A stretch of 64,000 nucleotides of DNA from Azolla caroliniana. Lineage: Eukaryota; Plantae; Polypodiophyta. Location of the stretch: positions 20,770,001 through 20,834,000 of the forward strand of contig JBHGNT010000001.1 in the NCBI GenBank assembly GCA_043228905.1. The letters are read 5' to 3'. This document shows positions 55,418 to 64,000 of the stretch, piece after piece. Every line of letters begins with the position of its first letter. Within the stretch, counting starts at the first letter, position 1. The notes below the pieces were generated by a model. The model was not told where the DNA came from, did no database searches, and saw only the letters and a program-made list of their open reading frames with translations. The position numbers were made by a program, and so were the translations under genes.

Positions 55418-58400
55418 AACACCAGGAAAAAACAATTTCAAAAACTAACACTCTGTACATACATCGTGCTCAGTGAGCACCTTTTATACAAGCCTTGACA
55501 ATGGGCTGACACAAGTACTGACAGTACTTGACTGCTCATAAATGAGCCTCGACTCTTACTCCCAAAACTATTCCCTACGAGGAATATCTCTCTAACGACC
55601 TTTCGGTTTACGCACCGATACGGCCTTCCTACGCACCGATCTGTGTACCGGTTTCCAACTGATCCGGCCTAACTAATCAGTCCCAACCGATCCGGTCCTC
55701 GGCTTGGTCAGCCGATCCGGCTGATGTTGAGCTTATCTCTCAACACTCCCCCTCAAGCTCAACTTGAGGCTCTTCGGGATCTTCCTGATCACCGCTCCGG
55801 TTCCTCCTGGCTCCACGCCTCGCTCGCGCTCCTCGGCCTGTTCGACTCCACACGCTTCGACCCTTCCGGTCGGCTTGTCTGCTCCCACGGCCCTTCACAG
55901 CTCCCTTGTTGTCGCGGTGTTGGCGCTTCTCCTCCTGCCTTCCTTTCCGCTTGGCCCTCGGTTGATTCAGTGTATCCGAATCAAACATCTAAACCGACTC
56001 GGCTACCTCCGATCAGTTTTCTCTCTCGTCCGAGTTGGTTGTCTCCAACTCGTCTTCGATCTTCTCGCCCTTGACGGTGTCATCTCCCCCATGCTTGGTT
56101 GGCTTCGGCTCTTTCTTTCGGCTGCTCCCCTTATGTCCGCTTTTGGACTCTTCCGGGGATCCGCCCTGGGCTTCTTCAGTCGATCCGAAGTTGAATTCAT
56201 CATCCGACTCAGTGTCATGGCCTCTTCCACTCCCTTCCTGCTCCCATGCTTAGTCTTTCGAGACTGTTCTCCCACTCAAGTTTGGCACGTCGAGGTGACG
56301 CAACCCAAGCGCACCCGAGAATTGCCGCAACTTGTCCAGACCAAGGGGCTTAGTGAAGATGTCGGCAGTTTGCCGATCCATCGGAACATAATGAAGTTTG
56401 ACTTCACCAGAAAGGACACGCTCACAGACAAAATGGTAGTGCACCTCAATGTCTTTGGTCCGTGCGTGGAAAACGGGGTTCTTCGCGAGCTGGATGTTGT
56501 TGAGGTTGTCGCAGTAGATTGTCGTCAGATCGGATACCTCCTCTTGCAGGTCCTTAAGTAGCCGCTTCAACCATATGGCTTCGCATGTCGCGACAGCCGC
56601 TCCTCGGTACTCAGCTTCGGTGCTCGACAGTGCAACTGTCGGCTGCTTCTTACTGCTCCACGCTATCACGGGACTACCAAGAGAGAACGCGTATCCGGAC
56701 GTGGATCGACGATCGGCGGCGTTGCCAGCCCAATCAGCATCGGTGTAGCCGACCAACTACGAGGCTGTACCGGTCTGGTATAGCAGTCCCTGGTCCTTAG
56801 TGCCACTTACGTACCGCAGTACGCATTGCGCACACTGAAGGCGCTCCTCGGTAGGTTGTGCCATGAACTGACTGATCACCCCGACCGGATAACTGAGATC
56901 GGGTTGGGTGATTGTCAAGTAGATAAGGCTTCCGACAATTTGTCGGAACCTCGTCAGGTCGCATACCTTTCCGGAATTGGGGCGAAGCTTGACGGTTCTA
57001 TCTAGAGAAGTCGAGACGGACTTGGAGTCGGCCATCCCGAATTTGAAGAGCATATTCAGCGCGTAATGACGTTGGCTGATCAGTATGCCTTCGGGGGTGT
57101 GGATCACTTCGATCCCGAGGAAGTAATGAAGGTCCCCCGGATCCTTCATGTCGAATGATGCCGCAAGCTGGAGCTTCACGCGGTCGATTTCACCTAGGTC
57201 GGCGCCGGTGATGACCAAGTCATCAACATATAGTAAAATACTGACCGGACCGAGTCGACCTTTCCGGATGAATAGGGAAGAGTCCGATTTTGATGTTGCA
57301 AAGCCCATCCGACACAGTTGCTGCATGATCTTCGCGTTCTAGGCAAGCGGGGCTTGCTTTAGTCCGTAAAGGGACTTCTTCAATTGGCACACTACCGACG
57401 TGTTTGTTCCGGAGTGAAATCCGGGGGGCTGTACCATGTACACCTGTTCCTCAAGCTAACCCTGCAAGAATGCATTCTTTACATCCATTTGATGTAAGTG
57501 CCACCCCTTTGTCATAGCTACCGCGAGCAAAACACGGACGGTCGTCATCTTCGCGACCGGCGCAAACGTCTCATTGTAGTCGATGCCGTGTTTCTGCGCG
57601 TAGCCTTTTGCTACTAACTGAGCCTTGTATCGGTTGACCGAGCCGTCGGTGTTGTACTTGACCATGTACACTCACCTACATCTGATCGGCTTCACACCCT
57701 TCGGTGCGTCAACCAGGTCCCAGGTCTCGTTTTCCGCCAATGCGTGCTACACGGGTCATGTACGCATAATGATGCGCCATGTACTCGTTGTATCCGAACC
57801 GCACAACTGGGTTCTTCTGGCGGGTAGATCAGCATAATTGCTCATCAGCCACTGTTGAGGCTTTCTTGGCCGACGCGGACTTTGGTCTCGAAGACCCGTC
57901 GTCACTTCCCTCGGAGTTGGATTCGCGTCGATCTGACTCGTTCCTATCCGTGCCGTAATCCGACACCTTCTTCTTCCCTTTTTCTTTGCGCGTAAGCCGT
58001 CTCCTCGACTTCCTACGCGAGGAATGCACGACCGAGTCTCTGCTACTCGCCGGCTCTTCATCGGACTGGTCGAACCGACTCAATCGTCCATTCGGTCCAC
58101 TTATTTGAAACGAAATCAGACTCTCTTCGCAAGTCCCGATTTCAGGCTCATCCGGAGGCATCTCGGCCTCGCTGACCTCATTATCAGAACTCGGATTGGA
58201 GGTGAGGTCCGGAGTCGGAGGCAAGTACCAGGACGCGAACTCGTCAAACAAAACGTCGCGGCTCACGCGTGCTTGTTTGGTGCGTGGGTTATAACACTTA
58301 TAACCCTTTTGCTCGTCCGAGTAACTGACCAAGATACATTTCTCGGCCTTTGCGTCCAACTTTCTCCATTTCTCCTTCTGCACATGCACATAAGCAATGC

Positions 58401-61015
58401 TACCAAAAACTCGTAAGTGTCGCAAGTTCAGCTTCGTTCCGAAGTATAGCTCGTGCGCCGACACTTTTTCTCCGATCCGATTCTAGATGTATACCGTAGT
58501 TCGTACCGCCTCGGCCTAGTAGAACTTGGGCAAGCTCTTCTCCTCTAGCATTGCTCATGCCACTTCCACAACCAACCGATTTTTCCTCTCGGCCACGCCG
58601 TTTTTCTCCGGCGTGTATCTACAACGGAATTCGCGCCGAATTCCCATCTGTCGTAGATAACTGTTGAATTTTCTGGAAAAGTATTCTTTTCCTCCATCCG
58701 ACTGCAAGCACTTGATCTTTCTTCCTGTTTCCGTTTCCACGAACCCTTTGAGGTCCCGGAAATAGTCGAAGACTTCGCTCTTCCTCTCAATGAGGTAGAT
58801 CCACGTGTGCCACGTGTAGTCGTTGATGAAGGAGACGAAATATTGGCTCCCGCCAAGACTGACGTTTTGTGCCGGCCCCCACACATCAGAGTGTATCAAG
58901 TCGAGCTTGTTTCGGCTCCGGTTACGCTCGTTGGGGAAAGGAAGTCAGTGTTGCTTCCTAAACTGGCAGGCTTCACAAATTTGTGCCTTCTAGCCACTAA
59001 ATTTGGGCAATCCGAACACCACTTGTTTCGATTGCAGGTCTTGAAGCCGCTGGTAGTTGACGTGGCCTATCCGCTTGTGCCATAAGTCAATGTCCGACTC
59101 GACTTTTTGTCCCTTCGCGAACATTGCAGTGTTACCGTCAGTAGAGTCGAGGATGAACATCCTCCCATCTCTGCGCCCTTGCACAATAACACGGCCTTCT
59201 TCCTCAATGAAGCACTCGAGGTGTGTAAACTGGACCTCCATCCCTTGGTCGACGATCTGTCTGACCGACACCAAGTTCTTCGTGATTGTCGAAACGTGTA
59301 GCACGTTCATGAGTTTCCCTTTCTGCCCGACATGGCTCAGGGGAACTTCTTCGACATTCGCGATCGGATGCGGAGTGTCGTCTCTGGTTCCGACTACTCC
59401 TGGTTGCATTGGTTTTTCTAGGTACGAGAACCACTCCTTATGGCTCGTCATGTGATTTGACGCACCGGAGTCGACGCACCACACCTCGTCCGATTTCGGG
59501 GTGGTCTGCTTCATTGAGTTTGCTTCGTGTCTCATCACGAAGACTGACCCTTTTCCGGCTTCTCTGGATCCTTCGGCGTAGTGCGATCGTTGCCGGTTTC
59601 CTTTGTCGGTATGTTTGGAACCAGATCCAGAACCAGGTCTCTCCGACTCGGCGTGCTTTTTCCAGCACTCGCTCTCCCTATGGCCTTTCTTGCCACAGTA
59701 CCAGCATTCCGCGGCGGATTTCCCTTGCTGGTTCTCATCGCCTCGACTCCCCCTGTTTTCGGAGGGTTCGGAATTGTTGTCGGCATCATTTCGGTGCCTC
59801 CTTCCTTGATCTCGTTGGCCGCCTCCATTGCGCACCGACTCGCCTTGTCCTCCACGTCCATGGGGCCTATCTCCCTCCGTGTACAACATCTTGTTGTCAG
59901 TGTGCATGCTCGTTGACGCACCTGCGTGGTTCTCCTCTACCAGGAGCATCGACTGTAAGTCGAAAAAGGACGGCGTATTCTCCCGGGTACAAACAACAGT
60001 TCGGAACGCCCCGAACTTTGATGCCAAACCCCCAAGACAAACCTGGACCATCTCGCTTTCCTCAATTTTCACATCGATGGAAGCTAAGGAGTCGCATATG
60101 TCCTTGATCATCGAGGTATAGGCAGCCACCGACAAGTTGCGTTGTCATAGGTTGCTCAACTCCTGTCGGAGCTGAAGCTTCCTGGCTATGGTGCTTGCAA
60201 CGAAGATCTTCTTCAAATTTTCCCATGCACCCTTCGGCGTTTTTGCATCCCGAACGTAGCTTAATAGCTGTTCGCCCACACAAGACACGAAACAGTACAA
60301 CACTCTGCTCGCCGATTGTTCCCACGCCGGGAAGTCTTTGTGTGTCGATTCGGGTGCCACGTCATTCGCTCCTTCGACATAGCTCCAGTAACCATGCCCA
60401 AGCAGGTACTGGTGCATCTTGTAGGACCAAGATGCGTAGTTGGTTCTGTCGAGCTTCTCCGTCGGAAGCGAGCTAGCCATTCCTCTGTCCATCGGTTTTC
60501 TTGTTCTTCTTCGTTGGTTTTCCTTCAAGCAAAGTCGGCTGTAGAGGTTCTCAACCCTCGCACTTTGAGACCATGAAAAGAATGGCGTGTGGAAGCAATA
60601 TAGGAAACCGAACAACAGAAAACGCAGGTTTAATGGAAAGCTTAGGTTTGCACAGTACGCACAGGAGAGACAGAGAGAGAGAGAGTAAACACCAAGAAAA
60701 AACAATTTCAAAAACTAACACTCTGTACATACATCGTGCTCAGTGAGCACCTTTTATACAAGCCTTGACAATGGGCTGACACAAGTACTGACAGTACTTG
60801 ACTGCTCATAAATGAGCCTCGACTCTTACTCCCAAAACTATTCCCTACGAGGAATATCTCTCTAACGGCCTTTCGGTTTACGCACCGATACGACCTTCCT
60901 ACACACCGGTCTGCGTACCAGTTTCCAACCGATCCGGCCTAACCGATTGGTCTCAACTGATCCGGTCCTCGGCTTGCTCAGCCGATCCGGCCGATATTGA
61001 GCTTGTCTCTCAACA
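55294..61015 (-). mobile_element. Full-length degenerate Ty1/copia element (second family); LTRs 55294-55745 and 60574-61015
   Basis: Paired LTRs TG...CA, flanks GAAAT/AAAAT, PPT 55746-55757, decayed Met-i PBS 60561-60573; gag, [40 protein letters not shown]. Confidence 0.95.
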
Positions 61016-63480
61016 AAAATTATAAAAGATCCTGTAGATACAAAATGGATTCAGGATAGTCTAGTAGAGGACTTTGCAGAGGCTAGAAAGACATGGGATG
61101 TGCCTTTGCCAAGCAAGACATTTACTATCCCATCGCAAGACTTATTGAATCCTTTAAAAGTGTACATGTCAAATGCTATTATTCTTTTCTTTCTTAGAAA
61201 GATGCCTTCTGCAAATGACGTGGCTCAATGGATAAATGCCATGTTTAAAGTCTATGCAATTGGTGGAGTTTATTTTACTATTAGAGGGTTTTACGAAGTA
61301 TTGCTATCAGAACCGAAGTACAAAACTCAATTACTTAAAGAATCTCCTTTAACATATAGAGATAAAATGGTTCATGCATTGCCATGGTCTTTGACCAAAG
61401 ATTATCAAGGGCTAATTCGTCACAAATGTCCTGTCTGGGTGGAAGTGCTTGACTTTCCAGAAAATTGGAATCACTTGTTACCTACCATTGCAGCAGGAAT
61501 GGGGAGAGTAGTATGCCCCCCAAAAACTACAAGTACTTATAATAGATTTTGCATTCTTTGAGAGACATATGTTCCGATCTTGGAAGGTATCATCCTCAAC
61601 TCGGATGATCCAACTATTGGTGCAAGACCTTTTAAGCTGAAATGGGGCAAATTTGCAGGTGCATGTTACACATGTAACAAGTTTGGTCATATGCAATTAG
61701 AATGCCCAACATTGACTATTCAACCACCTGAAACCGCCATGTTGAAACCTGCATCATTGAAAGAAAATAGTTAGGTTTCTTCTTCAAAGGCAACAAACCT
61801 ATTTATGATGCAACCCATCCAAAAATTGAGAGTACAAGACAAAGGGAAAAGTAAAGTCCCGCAGACAATTGGTAATGTGCAATCAAACATGCACGATTTG
61901 AGACAAACCTTTGATGTGGACAAAGAGAACACTGAAGGATGGCAAATATCTAAGAAATCCTTTAGAAGCAAGACACCTGTGGTGGTGAGGAACTACACTC
62001 ATGCACTTGAGAATCAAGGTTCATCTTTACAGGTTAATGCTTTAATGCTTGCTTCAGTCTCAAAAGCCTAGAAAAGGGTGAGTAGAGGCTCATATGTGGA
62101 CATTTACAAAGATGGATCAAATGTAGATATTAGTCTTCATGCAAATAAGCATGTCGGTGATACTAATATGCAATCAGATTAATATTTTGCTTTGTTTTAT
62201 ATCTTCAACCATATTAATCATGCATAAACAAGTCAAATGTGTCTCCTTCAATATACAGGGTCTTTGTAACCCTAGTAAATGAAAACTATTTTGGAACTAT
62301 ATTATCTCTTCTCAAGCAGATGTAATTTGTGTTCAAGAACATAAACAAGTTGAATTCAGTGGTCAAGTTGGTTCATTTGGAGGTTTTGACATCTTCTATG
62401 CAGGTCAAGGTACAACATCTGGAGTGCTTATGATCATAAAAAATGATCTAAATCCTACAGTTGCCTATAATGATCAACGTGAGAGGTGGATGGTTGTGCA
62501 ATGCATGATAAATGGCAAGACATATGATTTGTTGGAATATATGTCCCGAATGCCTCAAGGGACAAAGCTTTACTTTGGCAAGACATTTGTGCTTATCCAT
62601 GGCAAGACAATTGTCAGATCCTGCTCCTATCTAGCTAGACCTTCAGTTTGCGAATCATTCCTATGAAGTGGATCTCCAAAGGAAGAGACTTATGCTCATT
62701 AACAACAGCTACCTCAAGCATGAACTCTTCAAGAGGATGGTCTATGACATAATATTTCCTCTTTATCTAGAAGTCAACATAGATGTTGATATAGCGTGGG
62801 TACATTTTGTACATAGATTACAAACAATAATACAAGAGTATGGGAAGTGGTATCTCTCAAGGTAGAGAGATTACACTCAACAAGCCAAATTTACTTGTCA
62901 AGCCCTAACGGAGTTACCACATTGAAGATCTTTGACTTTACATGAAGAGGATGCATTGTGTATGGCCAAACACACATTGATGCTACATGACAAAAATAAA
63001 TTGAAAAATGGCAAGTTAGGTCAAGACAATTTGCATTGAAAGACAAAGGATGCTTTTTTAAATCTTTCTTCAAAAGGTTGCATGTAATACGCCAAAATGA
63101 ATCCATTAAATTCATCAAAATTGGTGATGGTTTGTGGACTACAAACCAACTTGAACTAACCAAGGAATGTGTAACTCACTTCTCTCACATCTTTGAGGAC
63201 AATGTAGTTGTTACAAATGTAGTTAAACATGCCAGAGATACATTCTTGTCACTAGTTCAACCCCCTATTTGTGTTGATAAAGTTATTGCTTTGGATGCAA
63301 CATTCACAATGGAGGAGCTTTTGGAGGCTCGGAAGGGCCTCAAGAAAGGCAAAGCGCCTGGTTGGGATGGTATTACGTTAGAGTTCATTGACAATTTTGG
63401 GATGTCGTTAAGGATTTAATCCTATATATGGCAAATAATGCTTGGCAACAATGGGATATGTAGATCTCATGGAAAGAAGG
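61016..63480 (+). mobile_element. Degenerate L1-type LINE (ORF1 with zinc knuckle; ORF2 endonuclease and RT start); 5' part probably lies left of 55294
   Basis: PVWVEVLDFP and CYTCNKFGHMQLEC in ORF1; SFNIQGL and DVICVQEHK at ~62240-62345; KKGKAPGWDGITLEF. Confidence 0.85.
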
Positions 63481-63481
63481 T

Positions 63482-64000
63482 TTGGTCAAATTAATACTCG
63501 CGGGATCATTTGACATGAAGGATCTTTGGGACCTTCATTACTTCCTTGGGATCGAAGTGATTTGCACCTCAGAAGGCATGCTGATCAGTCGACGCTACTA
63601 TGTGTTGAGTACGCTCTTCAAATTCGGTATGACGGAATGTAAGCTCGTCTCAACTCCTCTATATAGGAATGTGAAGCTCTTCCTTGACTTTGGAACGGCA
63701 TGCGACTCGAAAAGGTTTCGACAGATAGTCGGAAGCCTTATCTACCTGACCATCACCCGGCCAGATCTTTGCCATCCAGTTGCCTTGATTAGTCAATTCA
63801 TGGCGCACCCAACCATGGAGCACATTAAGTGTGTGCACCGAATACTCAGGTACGTTAGGGGCACTAAGGACAGGGGGTTGCTCTATCGGACCGGTGTAGC
63901 TGGACAACTTGTTGGCTATACATATGCCGATTGGGCCGGAAACGCCGACGATCGAAGGCCAACTTCTTGATTCACGTTTTCACTTGGAAGTGTCACGGTT
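63482..64000 (+). pseudogene. Ty1/copia RT-RNase H fragment (second family)
   Basis: FDMKDLWDLHYFLGIEV, FRQIVGSLIYLTITRPDL, GYTYADWAG. Confidence 0.92.

Noticed and set aside
55764-56561. 265-aa plus-strand ORF and similar antisense ORFs over copia pol
   Set aside because: Shadow ORFs of GC-rich coding sequence; no independent evidence

Overview
Plant (probably non-seed vascular plant, e.g. fern or lycophyte; inferred from the TE lineages) genomic window that is about 85-90% retrotransposon. Positions 1-46 kb are one deeply nested stack: several Ty1/copia elements (one intact, 18469-23821, with apparently identical LTRs), four insertions of an unusual tRNA-Trp-primed Ty3/gypsy family, a Tf1/Tcn1-like chromovirus-type Ty3/gypsy element, and a non-L1-looking LINE. 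A single host gene follows (two-exon LRR receptor-like kinase, LRR-III type, minus strand, 53790-51122), then an L1 LINE interrupted by another copia. Most notable signals: (i) tRNA-like Pol III A/B-box cassettes lying antisense inside the LTRs of two unrelated protein-coding Ty3/gypsy elements; (ii) a G_GAT_TTT slippery site plus H-type pseudoknot placed after the protease rather than between gag and protease; (iii) 4-bp, CpG-centred target sites for that family; (iv) a Tf1-style self-priming PBS. All coordinates were read by eye; no database searches were run.
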